In this document: piece by piece, positions 1 to 11,344 of the stretch
How positions within the stretch are numbered: position 1 is the stretch's first letter
How the letters are laid out: every line of letters starts with the position of its first letter
Source: Planctomycetota bacterium
Lineage (GTDB): Bacteria; Planctomycetota; PLA2; JAEUHO01
DNA: 64,000 bases
Direction of reading: 5' to 3'
Assembly: GCA_020851795.1 (NCBI GenBank)
Contig: JADZCA010000013.1
Location: 7,428-71,427, forward strand
Translations under genes and position numbers: made by a program
Notes under the pieces: model-generated
The model's database searches: none
Told to the model about the DNA's origin: nothing
The model's input: the letters and a program-made list of their open reading frames with translations, nothing else

Positions 1-193
1 GGTCCGCGGCCGCCGTCGCCGGCGCAAGCGGGTCGGCGCCGCGGGGGGGCGGAACGGCCGTCGCCCCGGGCCCCGCGTCGTGGCGTCGACCGGTGGCGTG
101 ATCGTCGGCGCGACCGTGGGGCTACGATCGTGTCGTCGGGCTCGGGCCGCCGTACGTGCGTCGGTGCTCGGGTCCGGAGTCGGGGGGCTGGGC

Positions 194-1339
194 ATGCGGC
201 GACTGACCGGCGCGCTCGTGGCGGCGGCTCTCCTCACCGCGGCTGCGAGGGCCCGCGGAGCCGACGACGCACGCCTCCCCCCGCCGCGTCGCACGACGCG
301 GCACGCGGGCACCGTCCACGTCGTCCCGGCACCGGCGCCGCCGTCAGGGGACCTCCTCGCCGGCGCTCGATCGTTCGCGTCACCCGTCGCGCCCACGACG
401 CCTCGCGCGGCCCCGACGGCGCCCGCCCCGACGCGGCTCGTCGTCCGTCCGGACGCCGACGCTGCGACGGCCGACGTCGGTGGGGACGGCGCCGAGCCGA
501 GCGAGACCGCCGAACGGGACGTCGCGTCGGAGGAGGACGACGGCGACGACGCGGGGCCCGAGGTGACGCTCGGGCTCGACGTCGTGTCGGCGTACTACGA
601 CCGCGGCTTCCTGATCGAGGCGGCGCAGGCGGTCGTGCAGCCGTGGGCGTCGATCGACGCGCGCGTGCTCACGCTCTGCGGCGCGGTGCGCGACGTGCGG
701 GTCGTCGCGGACGTGTGGACGAGCTTCCAGGACGGCGAGTCCGGCCTGCGAGGCGCGCCGCACGCGCCCGCCGTCTGGTACGAGGGCGACGTGTGGCTCG
801 GCGCTGCGTCGCACGTCGGCGAGCACCTCGACGTGCGGCTCGACTACCAGTGGTCGTGGAGCCCGAACGGGTCGTTCGAGCGCTTCGAGGAGGCGGCCCT
901 CCAGCTCGAGCTCGACGACGCCCCCGAGGACGACGCAGCCGGGCGCTGGCGCGGGTTCGCGCCGCACGCGATCGTCGCGGCGGAGGTGCGCGGTCAGAAC
1001 GACGAGGGGACCACGCTGGGGTGGTACCTCGAGCTCGGCGTCGAGCCACGGTGGTCGTTGCTCGACGCGGGGCCCGCCGTCGAGCTGTCCCTGCCCCTGC
1101 GCGTGGGTCTGAGCCTGCACGACTACTACGAGGACGCCGAGGGCGACGACGAGACGTTCGGCTACGTCGAGGGCGGCGTGCGGCTGACCTTGGGCCTCGA
1201 GCGGCTGTCGCCGTGCCTCGCCGGCGTGAGCGCGATCGCCACCGTGGGCGGGATCGCGCTCGGCGAGCACGCGGCGGAGGCCGGCGACGGGCGCCGTTCG
1301 CGCTTCCTCGCGGCGTTCTCGCTCGAGTGGGAACCGTAG
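194..1339 (+). CDS. hypothetical secreted protein (start uncertain)
   Basis: ORF 80..1339 with ordinary (non Arg/Gly-biased) composition. Internal Met at 194 is followed by a signal-peptide-like stretch MRRLTGALVAAALLTAAARA. No recognisable catalytic motif. Confidence 0.45.
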   Translation: MRRLTGALVAAALLTAAARARGADDARLPPPRRTTRHAGTVHVVPAPAPPSGDLLAGARSFASPVAPTTPRAAPTAPAPTRLVVRPDADAATADVGGDGAEPSETAERDVASEEDDGDDAGPEVTLGLDVVSAYYDRGFLIEAAQAVVQPWASIDARVLTLCGAVRDVRVVADVWTSFQDGESGLRGAPHAPAVWYEGDVWLGAASHVGEHLDVRLDYQWSWSPNGSFERFEEAALQLELDDAPEDDAAGRWRGFAPHAIVAAEVRGQNDEGTTLGWYLELGVEPRWSLLDAGPAVELSLPLRVGLSLHDYYEDAEGDDETFGYVEGGVRLTLGLERLSPCLAGVSAIATVGGIALGEHAAEAGDGRRSRFLAAFSLEWEP

Positions 1340-1478
1340 CCCGTCGAGAGGGCGGATCGGGTCGCGTCGCGGACGAGGCCCGGCCGCTGTGCCCTCACGC
1401 TGCGCGAGGCGCACCCGACCCCGATGTCCCCACGTTGTGCGCACGTCACCGGACCCCGATGTCGCGGGACGGTGAGCG

Positions 1479-2351
1479 CTACCCGCGGGCGAAGTAGAGG
1501 TCGCACTGGGCGTCGTCGCGCCCGGCGACCCACGCGAGCACGTCGTCGAGCGTCGCGCGCTCGGTCGGGCGGTGCGAGAAGACGAGCCGGTCGAAGCGCG
1601 CGAGCACCGACGCGAGCCGGTCGCGCTCGAAGGGCGCGCGCTCCATGCGCCACAGCTCCATGCACCCCGCGACGACGCGGTCCCAGAAGGCGTCGGGCAG
1701 CGCCGTCATGATCGCCTCGTCGCTCCCCTGCGTGTCGGACTTCCACAGCACCGGCGCGTCCGCGAGCGCCGGCGGCACCGACGCGAGCAGCGACGCCGTC
1801 GTCGGCGCGATGCAGCGCACGGTGCGCGTGGTGTGGGGCCGGCCGACGAGCGCGGCGGGGTGGATCGAGCAGTTGCCGCCGTTCTCGCGGTCCTCGAGCA
1901 GGGTCCGCGGCCCCTCCGTCGCGTCGAGCGCCGCCTCGACGACGTGCCACCGGTCGAGGTGCGCGAGGTTGCGGCGCAGGTACTCGACGTGGACCGGATG
2001 AGGCTCGACGCACACCGCCCACGCGATCGAGGGCACGCGGTGGCGGAGCGCGCGCGTGACGAGGCCGACGTGCGCGCCGACGTCGACGAGCACGGTGGGC
2101 GCCGACGGCGCGTGCGCGGCGAGGAACTCGACCGTCTCGGGCTGCCACGTGCCCCGCGCGAGCACCGTGGTCGCGATGATCGGGTCCAACGGCAGCTCGA
2201 CGAGCTCGCCGCCGCCGGCGCGGTGCAGCGCGCTCGTGGTCGGCACGCGGACCGCCACCCCCTCGATCCCGAGCTGCGCGGCCGCGGCGCGCAGGGCCAC
2301 GACCGGATGGCGCACGACGCCGCGGCGGACGATCCAGCGTCGGAGACCCAT
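1479..2351 (-). CDS. FkbM-family methyltransferase (SAM-dependent)
   Basis: ORF 1479..2417 (-). Internal ATG at 2351 gives MGLRRW. 'VLVDVGAHVGLVT' glycine-rich SAM-binding-like motif, typical of FkbM-type methyltransferases. Convergent with the upstream gene. Confidence 0.55.
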   Translation of the reverse strand: MGLRRWIVRRGVVRHPVVALRAAAAQLGIEGVAVRVPTTSALHRAGGGELVELPLDPIIATTVLARGTWQPETVEFLAAHAPSAPTVLVDVGAHVGLVTRALRHRVPSIAWAVCVEPHPVHVEYLRRNLAHLDRWHVVEAALDATEGPRTLLEDRENGGNCSIHPAALVGRPHTTRTVRCIAPTTASLLASVPPALADAPVLWKSDTQGSDEAIMTALPDAFWDRVVAGCMELWRMERAPFERDRLASVLARFDRLVFSHRPTERATLDDVLAWVAGRDDAQCDLYFARG

Positions 2352-2488
2352 TGCGCACGCTCCCGGGGCCGGGGCGCGATGGTAGCCCGACCGCGTCCGT
2401 GGCCCGCATCGACGCACCGGGCGCCGGACGGACGGGCGTGGCTCGAAAGGCCTCGACGCCCGCGAAACCCGCGGGCTACGGTGGGCGC

Positions 2489-4114
2489 GTGCCCCTCGCC
2501 GGTCGTCCTCCCCGTCTCGTCGGCGCCGCGCTCGCCGCGCTGCTCGTCCTCGCGGTGTTCGCGCCGGTCGCGCGCGGCCTCGCCGACCCCGACGACTTCG
2601 AGGGCGACTGGTGCCAGCACGTCGCGTGGACCGCGCGGCTGGCGGACCCCACGCTGTTCCCCGACGACCCGCACGTCGCGTTCTTCAGCGGTCCCCCGCT
2701 CTCGACGCTCGGGGTCCGCGCGGCGTACGAGGCGCTCGTCCCCGCGCTGGGCCCGGAGCCCACGGCGCGGACGCTCGGCGCGCTCGCGCTCCTCGCCACG
2801 GCCGCGCTCGGCGCGGCCCTCGGCCGTCGCCTCGGCGGCGTGGCGGGCGCCGCCCTCGTCGTCGGCGTCCTCGCGCTCCACTCGCGAGGCCTCGTCTCGA
2901 CGCCGTGGGGCATCCCGCGCTCGTTCGCGCTGCCGCTCCACCTCGCCACCGCGTGGGCGCTCGCCGCGCGACGTCGCGGCGCGCTCGCCGCGTCGTTCCT
3001 CGCCGCGGCGCTGCTGTACCCGCCCGCGCTGCCGCCCGCCGTCGGCGGGGCCGTCCTCGTCGGCCTGCTCGCCTTGCGCCGCCCGCGTGCGCGCGCCACG
3101 GCCCTGCGCCGCGGCGTCGTCCCGGCGGTGGCGGCGGTGGTCTCGATCGCCGTGCTGCTCGTCGCCTACCGTGGCGCCGACGACCGCTACGGGCCTCGCG
3201 TGGACCGCGCCACGGCGCGGGCGATGCCCGAGTTCGGGCCCGACGGTCGCGCCGAGCTGTGGTCGCGCTCGGAGCGCCGGTTCTGGACGTCGGGGCCGTC
3301 GTCGGGCGTGGGCGCGGGCGTCGCCGAGGTCGCGCTCACGCTCGTCGCGGTCGGCGCGCTGGTCGCGCGGCGGCGCGGGCGTCGTCACCTCGTCGCGCCC
3401 GCGCTCCTCGCGGCGGGCCTCGTCTCGTTCGCCGCCGCGCACGCGACGTTGTTCGCGTTGCACCTGCCGCAGCGCTACGTGGCGACGCTGTGGCCCGTGG
3501 CGCAGGCGGCGTGGGTCGCCAGCGTGCTCCCCGCGCTCGCGCGGCGGCTGGGGCGGGCGCGCGGCCCGCGCGGGGGCGCGCTCGCCACCGGCGTCGCGCT
3601 GGCCCTCGCGCTCGTCGGTGCGGGGCGGGGCGTGGCCCGGACGGTCGCGGCCGCGCGCGCGCCGGTGGACGAGGACCGCCGGGCGCTGCACGCGTTCCTC
3701 TCGACGCTGCCCCGCGACGCGCGGGTCGCGGCCTTCCCCACGGACGCCGACGAGATCCCGCTGCGGGCGCGCCGCTCGGTGCTCGCGAGCGACGAGACGG
3801 CGCAGCCGTACTGGCTCGGCTACTACCGCGCCGAACGGGCACGGCTCGAGGCGTCGATCGAGGCGGTGTTCGCGACCTCGTGGGACGCGCTCGACGCGTT
3901 CGCGGCGCGCCACGGCGTCGCGGTGGTGGTGGCCGACGCGAGCCGCTACGGCGCGAGTCCGCGCAACGCGCTGCGCGAGCCCTTCGGCGCGGCGGTCCGG
4001 CGGTCGTTCGCGGCCGGCGAGGCGGCGGGCTTCGTGCTCCGCGACCCGCCCGCGGACCGCGTCCTGTTCCGTCGGGGACGATTCACGGTGGTCCGCGTGG
4101 GTCCCGGCCGCTGA
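2489..4114 (+). CDS. polytopic integral membrane protein (GT-C / PMT-like glycosyltransferase fold suspected)
   Basis: ORF 2351..4114, in-frame GTG at 2489. More than 10 hydrophobic helices (LVGAALAALLVLAVFAPVA, LGALALLATAALGAALG, ...). Hydrophilic C-terminal domain. Divergent from the FkbM gene. Confidence 0.5.
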   Translation: MPLAGRPPRLVGAALAALLVLAVFAPVARGLADPDDFEGDWCQHVAWTARLADPTLFPDDPHVAFFSGPPLSTLGVRAAYEALVPALGPEPTARTLGALALLATAALGAALGRRLGGVAGAALVVGVLALHSRGLVSTPWGIPRSFALPLHLATAWALAARRRGALAASFLAAALLYPPALPPAVGGAVLVGLLALRRPRARATALRRGVVPAVAAVVSIAVLLVAYRGADDRYGPRVDRATARAMPEFGPDGRAELWSRSERRFWTSGPSSGVGAGVAEVALTLVAVGALVARRRGRRHLVAPALLAAGLVSFAAAHATLFALHLPQRYVATLWPVAQAAWVASVLPALARRLGRARGPRGGALATGVALALALVGAGRGVARTVAAARAPVDEDRRALHAFLSTLPRDARVAAFPTDADEIPLRARRSVLASDETAQPYWLGYYRAERARLEASIEAVFATSWDALDAFAARHGVAVVVADASRYGASPRNALREPFGAAVRRSFAAGEAAGFVLRDPPADRVLFRRGRFTVVRVGPGR

Positions 4115-4127
4115 GCCGCGATCCGGA

Positions 4128-4290
4128 GGCCTCCGTCTTCACGAACGGCGACGTCCGTCGAGCGCAGCTTCGACGGCGGACCTCGGTCGGGGCTCGCGGT
4201 TCGACGGGCTCGGAGCCTGTCCGAGCAGGGCCCTTCGGAGGGCCCCACGCGAGCGCGCGTCGCGCCCTGCGGGGCGCGAGAGACTTCCGG
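4128..4290. repeat. MITE/REP-like intergenic repeat, rearranged copy D
   Basis: ggcctccgtcttcacgaacgg...cggtcggggctcgcggttcgacgggctcgg matches the core of the copies at 9100, 25592 and 55158. Confidence 0.35.
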
Positions 4291-4468
4291 ACGTGCGTCG
4301 TCGGCGACCGCATCGTCGTCCTTCGTGGGTCGCGGCGGCCCGCCGAGGCGGGGCTTTCCGGGCCGCCGGATCGACGTCGTCGCCCCGCGGCGGGCGACCC
4401 GGGCGGCTCGAGTCCGGTGCGCCGGACCGTCGTCGGCCGCCGCGACGCCTCGAGTGCACGATCCGGGC

Positions 4469-5119
4469 TCAGCGGCGGACGTGGGCGAGCACGAACGCGC
4501 GCACGGTCGCGTGGTTCTCCGGGGTGCAGAAGACCCACAGACGGGTGAACACGTCGCCCCGCAGGTAGATCGCCCGGTCCTGCGCGCGGTCCTCGAGGTG
4601 CTTCACCTCCGACCAGGCACAGTGGACGCACTCCGTGGCCATGCCGGCGGCCCCGGCGGAGACCGCGCCCGGACGGCCCGCGAGGAAGCCGAGGATCAGC
4701 GCCGTGCGGTGGACGCGCTTGGCGGCGCGGCTCGCGTTGATCATCTCGATGCCCTCGTCGTCCATGCGGTACGCGTAGGGCTGCTTCGTGCCGATGAGCA
4801 CGAAGAAGCCGAGCACGCCCACGACGAACAGCGCGACCGTGGCCGCCGCGACGACGGCCGCGATCGTCCCCGCGGTCCGCGGCTCGCCCGTCGCGAAGAG
4901 GATCACGAGGCCGACGAGGCTCGCCGCGAGGCCCGCGGAGAGCGCGAGGGCCCGCAGGAGGCTGCGACGCTGCACCGGGTTGCCGAGCAGCGACACGTCG
5001 ATCTGCCACGCGATCGTCGGGCCCGCCGCGGGCGCGGCGGCCTCGATCGCGGCGGCGGTGGGGGGCGCGGCGGCGTCGCGCGACGTCGCCGGGGGAACGG
5101 GCTCGTGGACGGTCGTCAT
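4469..5119 (-). CDS. hypothetical membrane protein
   Basis: 216-aa ORF with balanced composition. Two adjacent TM helices (LLRALALSAGLAASLVGLVILF, IAAVVAAATVALFVVGVLGFFVLIG) and a soluble C-terminal domain. Confidence 0.45.
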   Translation of the reverse strand: MTTVHEPVPPATSRDAAAPPTAAAIEAAAPAAGPTIAWQIDVSLLGNPVQRRSLLRALALSAGLAASLVGLVILFATGEPRTAGTIAAVVAAATVALFVVGVLGFFVLIGTKQPYAYRMDDEGIEMINASRAAKRVHRTALILGFLAGRPGAVSAGAAGMATECVHCAWSEVKHLEDRAQDRAIYLRGDVFTRLWVFCTPENHATVRAFVLAHVRR

Positions 5120-5261
5120 GACGGGCTCCCGTTGCCGTCGCCGACGCGCGGGCCGCCGGACCGCGACGGCGACCCCATGCTCGACCCGCGGCCCCCGGAG
5201 CCGCCCAGCGAAAGCCGAGGGTGCCGGGGCCGGGCCCGGCGGCGCGATCCCGCGCGGTCCG

Positions 5262-6649
<1,388 letters not shown>

Positions 6650-6653
<4 letters not shown>

Positions 6654-9064
6654 GTCGAACCCTCCACCGTCGGGAGCACCACCTCGAACGCCGCCCCGCC
6701 GCCCTCGCGAGCGAGTGCCCGCGCCGAGCCGCCGAACGCCTCGGTCCACGTGCGGACCACGTGGAGCCCGATGCCGAGGCCCTGCGTCGGCGCGCCGCCC
6801 GCCGACGGGCCGACGCGGAAGCGGTCGAAGAGCCGCGCCGCGTCCCCGGGCGGGAGCCCCGGGCCGCGGTCGAGGACCTCGATGCGCGCGCTGCGGGGCT
6901 CGGCGCGCGTCACGCGCACCTCCACGACCGACCCGGGCGGGGCGTGCTTCACCGCGTTGTCCACGAGGTTCTGCACGATCTGGAGCACGCCCTCGCGCCG
7001 TGCGAGCGCGGTCGGCGCGCCGTCCACGGCGAGCGCGAGACGCACGTCGCGGACCGCGGCGAGCGGAGCGAGCGCGGCGGCCGCGTCGCGGACCGCGGGG
7101 CCGAGCGCGACCGGCTCGAGCGGCGGCGGCGGCGCGCCCACCGCCATGCGGCTCGCGGTGAGCACGTTCTCGACGAGCGCTTGCAGCTGGCGCACGCCCG
7201 CGCGCGCGCCCTCGAGGTCGGCGGCCTGCGCGGGTGCGAGCGGGCCGGACAGACCGTCGAGCACGTTGTCGAGGCTCCACCGCACGGCGGTGAGCGGCGA
7301 GCGAAGGTCGTGCGCCACGCGCAGGAGGAAGTCGGTGCGCCGTCGGTCGAGGTCGGCGAGCGCCTCGCGCGAGGCCGCCTCGCGGGTCGCCTCGCGGACG
7401 AGCCGCAGGCGCTCGAACGCGGGGCCCGCGTGCTCGGCGAGGGCGGCGAGGCCTGCGAGCTCCTCCTCGAGCCAGTGGCGTCCGTCGCCCCGGGCCCCGA
7501 GCCACACGCTCGCGCGCAGCGCGCCGTCCACCACCACGGGCTGCACGACGGAGGCACGCAGGAGGTCGAGGGACGCGGTCGGGCGCTCGACCGAGGGGAC
7601 CGCGGTCGCGTCCGGGCGCGCGGTCGTCGCGCCGAGCCGCTGCGCGACGGCCGCGGCGTGCGCGGCCGAGGCGAGGTCGCCGTCGAAGCCGTGCACCGCG
7701 ACCGCGCGTTCGCCGGGGCGCTCCTCCACGACGACGGCGGCGGCGACGGGGCGCAGGGTCGCGCGCACGAAATCGAGCGTCTCCGCGGCCGCGGCGGACG
7801 GGTCGGCGGTGCGCGCGAGGCGCTCGCCCAGCGCGCGGAGCGCGTCACGTCGCGCTGCACCCACGCGGAAGAAGGTGCCGTCGGCGCGGCTCGCGACGGC
7901 CTTGCGCACGGGGCCGACGAGCATCCCCGCCAGCACGCCCGTCGCGAGCCACGTCACCGGGGACCGGGCCGCCGCGGGCCCGAACGCGACCGCGGTGGCG
8001 GCGAGGACGAGGCCGCCCGCCGACGCGCAGAGGGCCAGCGCGGTCGCCGTGTAGAGCGTGGCACGGCGCACCGCCACGTCGATCCCGAGCAGCCGGTGGC
8101 GCGCCGCGGCCACCGCGAACGCGGCGGGCGCGGCCAGCTCGACCGCGCGGTCGGCGACCGGCGGGATCGAGGGCTCGGTGCCGAGGAGCAGGCGCGGCAC
8201 GGCGCGCAGCAGCACGAACGGCACCGCGGCGACCCCGATGCCGCCGAGCAGCCACCGCGCCTGGGCCCGGCTCCGCGCCGAGGGGGACCGCCGCGCCCCC
8301 GTCGCGAGCACCACGCACCCGAGGCCCATCCCGAGCACCAGCAGCGCGAGCCCGACGGCCGTGGGGGCGCGCGTCGCGGCGAACGTCGCGGGCGACGGGG
8401 CGCCGAAGTAGCGGTGCCAGGCGAGCATCTGCGCTCCCGCCACCATGGCGGCCACCGCGGACGCCGCGCGCAGCGTCCACGGCCGTTGCGCCACCCAGCC
8501 CACCGGGTAGGGAAAGGAGACCGCGAGCGCGACGAAGGCGACGGGCAGCGCCGCGAGCACCGCGACGTAGGCGTGGGCCAACGCCTCTTCCACGCCGTCG
8601 CGCGCCGGGTAGACCCCGACGAGCGCGACCGCGAGGCCCCCGAGCACGAGGCAGCCGAAGACCCTCCGGGTCGCGGGGTCGCCCGCACGAGGGCCGACGA
8701 GCAGCGCCGCCAGGCCGCAGAACGCGAGCGCGCTGACGACGAGCAGCACGAGCTCGGGTCCGTCCACCTCGCGGCGCAGCACGACCTCGCGCGGGGTACC
8801 CAGGTCCACCGGGGTTCCGGGCCGCAGGCGCTGCACCTCGAAGGCGACCTGCTCCCAGCTCCCGGTCGCCACCCCGCCGACGGGCGAGGGGACCGGTCCG
8901 GAGCGCGCGAGGTCGGCGGGGAGCGCGCCGCGCGACGCCGCGCCGACGGAGCCCACGACGCTGAGGGCGAACGCGGCGGCGGCGGCGGCGAGCCACGGGA
9001 CCACGCGGGGCGTGGGCGAGCGCAGCGGACCCTCCGGCATCGTCGCCCTCATGGCGGGGGCCAT
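6650..9064 (-). CDS. sensor histidine kinase with a polytopic 7TM-type N-terminal sensor
   Basis: C-terminal HisKA (LRVAHDLRSPLTAV) and HATPase_c (QIVQNLVDNAVKHAP...GLGIGLHVV). N-terminal periplasmic segment and about 7 TM helices. ATG at 9064, after I removed an R-rich upstream extension. Confidence 0.8.
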
Positions 9065-9099
9065 GATGCCGGGACGGCCCTTGCGGGGGAACGGGGCGT

Positions 9100-9224
9100 C
9101 CTCGGTCGCGTCGTCGAGCCCGCCGAATCCGCGAAAGACGAGGCCCGTCGAGCGCCGATCGCACGTCAGGCCCCCGTCGGGGCTCGCGCATTCGGCCCGG
9201 GCGCGCGTCGGCCGCGACGACCGC
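9100..9224. repeat. MITE/REP-like intergenic repeat, copy A
   Basis: About 125 bp in the HK 5' region. Near-identical to 55158-55277, and reverse-complement match to 25592-25722. Core: gccgaat(c/t)c(g/a)cgaaagacgaggccc...cgtcggggctcgcg.attcggcccgggcgcgcgtcgg. Confidence 0.5.
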
Positions 9225-9543
9225 GTGTTCTGGTACCACGCCGAGGAGCGGACGACGCGTGGCGACGTGAGTCGAATCGCCGACGGGCCCTGGGCCACGC
9301 CCGGGCCGAAGACGCCGCCCCGACCTCGTCGGCTCGTGGATTCGGCGGGCTGGCGGATCGATCCGGTCGTCGGTGCGACCCTGTGGATCCACCCGACCGG
9401 CGGACGACGTCGGCGCACACGAGGCGCTCGCAGGCGCAGCGCCATGTTGCCCAAGGAGTTGCGTCCGTGCGGCCCTCGGGCGCGACGAGCGGCACGCGCC
9501 GTGATCTCCGCCTTCGGTACCCCCTTTCCCTGGAGGACCGACG

Positions 9544-10635
9544 ATGAGACGGCCGAAGTGGATTCCTGCGTGGCTCGGGTTCGCGCTCGCGGTCGTGGCC
9601 GCGGGGCTCCCCGGGTGCGGCGGCGGCGGCGCCTCGCGCGACCCGCGCGAGCTCCGCGTGATGACGCGCAACCTCTACCTCGGTGCCGAGCTCGGGCCCG
9701 TGATCGAGGCCGTCGCGGGGGGCGACCCCGACGGGATCGTGCTCGCGACTTCGGAGGCCTTCGCCGCGGTGGTCGCGACCGACTTCCCGACCCGGGCCGA
9801 AGCGATCGCCGACGAGATCGTCGCGGCGAGCCCCGACGTGGTCGGGCTCCAGGAGGCGGCGCTCTGGCGCGTGCAGTCGCCGTCGGACACGCTCGACCCG
9901 TCGCCGACGTCGGCGACCGACGTCGCCTACGACTTCGTCGCGCTGCTCCTCGACGCGCTGGCGCGTCGCGGCCTCGACTTCGTCGTCGTCGCGGAGGCCG
10001 TCGAGGCCGACGTCGAGCTGCCGGCGCTCGACGAGTCGATGAGCCTGATGGACGTGCGCTTCACCGACCGTGACGTCCTGCTCGCCCGCGGGGACCTCGT
10101 CGCGAACGGCGCGGTGTACGGCGGGTCCTCGGGCCTGTTCGACACCTTCCTCGACCTCGGCGGCGGGCTCGTCGTGCCGCGGGGCTGGGTCGCGGCCGAC
10201 GTCCGGGTCGCGGGGCGGACGGTGCGCGTCGTCTCGACCCACTTGGAGGACGCATCCGAGGACCTCCAGCGCGCGCAGGCGACCGAGCTGCTCGCGGGGC
10301 CGCTCGCCGGCGACGGGATGGCCGTCCTGCTCGGCGATCTCAACTCCGACGCGAACGCGCTGCCCCCGGGTGCGACCTACCTCGACGTCACGGCGGCCGG
10401 GTTCATCGACGCCTGGCTCGCTGCGGGCCACGGCGCCGGCACCGGCGCGACGTGGGGGCACGACGCAGCGCTGACCGACCCCGACGCGTCGCTCTCGCAG
10501 CGACTCGACCTCGTCCTCGTGCGCGGTGCGCTGTCGGTGCGGTCGGCGGACGTGCACGGCGACGACCCGGGTGACATGCAGGGCGGCCTGTGGCCGTCCG
10601 ACCATGCCGGTCTGTCGGTCGTGCTGCGCCGCTGA
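9544..10635 (+). CDS. endonuclease/exonuclease/phosphatase (EEP) family lipoprotein
   Basis: Signal peptide with lipobox (AAGLPGC). EEP-like motifs (VMTRNLY, GLQEA, LLGDLNSD, SDHAGL). GGAGG RBS 8 nt upstream. Confidence 0.7.
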   Translation: MRRPKWIPAWLGFALAVVAAGLPGCGGGGASRDPRELRVMTRNLYLGAELGPVIEAVAGGDPDGIVLATSEAFAAVVATDFPTRAEAIADEIVAASPDVVGLQEAALWRVQSPSDTLDPSPTSATDVAYDFVALLLDALARRGLDFVVVAEAVEADVELPALDESMSLMDVRFTDRDVLLARGDLVANGAVYGGSSGLFDTFLDLGGGLVVPRGWVAADVRVAGRTVRVVSTHLEDASEDLQRAQATELLAGPLAGDGMAVLLGDLNSDANALPPGATYLDVTAAGFIDAWLAAGHGAGTGATWGHDAALTDPDASLSQRLDLVLVRGALSVRSADVHGDDPGDMQGGLWPSDHAGLSVVLRR

Positions 10636-10655
10636 CACGTCGATTCGACGCCGCG

Positions 10656-10688
10656 ACGCGGGTCGCGCGGCATGCGCGCGACCCGCGT
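10656..10688 (+). terminator. GC-rich hairpin 21 nt after the EEP stop (candidate intrinsic terminator, no U-tract)
   Basis: acgcgggtcgcgcg / gcatg / cgcgcgacccgcgt: 14-bp perfect stem with a 5-nt loop. Confidence 0.4.
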
Positions 10689-10786
10689 ACGCGTTCGACG
10701 GGCGGCGTCGCACCGTCGATGCACGCGTGACGACCGCGAGAAGACCCTCGCATCGTGGGGGTCGTCTCGTTTACGCTAGCCCGGTC

Positions 10787-11344
10787 ATGCCTCGCGTCAC
10801 GTCGGCAGTGCGTCCGCGCGTCTCCACCACGCAAGCGGCTCCCTCCCTCTCTCCCGTCGTCGGCGTGCTCCACACCGGCGGCGAGTTCGGCGTCGTCGCG
10901 CTGCGCGACGTCGAGCCCGGCGAGGTCCTGATGACCATCGAGGGCGAGCGCGTCGGAAAGCCCTCTCGCACCTCGGTGCAGGTGAGCGAGCGGGACCACA
11001 TCGACGTGCCGGCGGCGTGGACCTTCGAGGAGGTCCTCGCGCGCGCGCCGTGGCGCTTCCTCAACCACGCGTGCGCGCCGACCGCGTGGGTGCGCGGGCG
11101 TGAGGTCGTCGCGCTACGGCGGATGGCGCGCTTCGACGCCGTCACCTTCGACTACACGACGACGGAGGCCGCGATGGCCACGCCGTTCGTGTGCCGGTGC
11201 GGCGCCTGCGGCGGTCGCGAGATCCGGGGCTTCCTGCACCTCGAGGCCGACGAGCAGCGGCGGCGCCTCCCGCACCTCGCGCCGTGGCTGCGCGCGCGCG
11301 TCGAGGGCCCGAGCCCGCGCGTCCGAGGGTCCCGCGGCGGATGA
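10787..11344 (+). CDS. SET-domain protein (putative protein-lysine methyltransferase)
   Basis: GEFGVVALRDVEPGEVLMTIEGE (N-SET), RFLNHACAPTAW (NHxCxPN), VTFDY, and a post-SET Cys cluster CRCGACGG. The stop overlaps the next start (ATGA). Confidence 0.7.
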   Translation: MPRVTSAVRPRVSTTQAAPSLSPVVGVLHTGGEFGVVALRDVEPGEVLMTIEGERVGKPSRTSVQVSERDHIDVPAAWTFEEVLARAPWRFLNHACAPTAWVRGREVVALRRMARFDAVTFDYTTTEAAMATPFVCRCGACGGREIRGFLHLEADEQRRRLPHLAPWLRARVEGPSPRVRGSRGG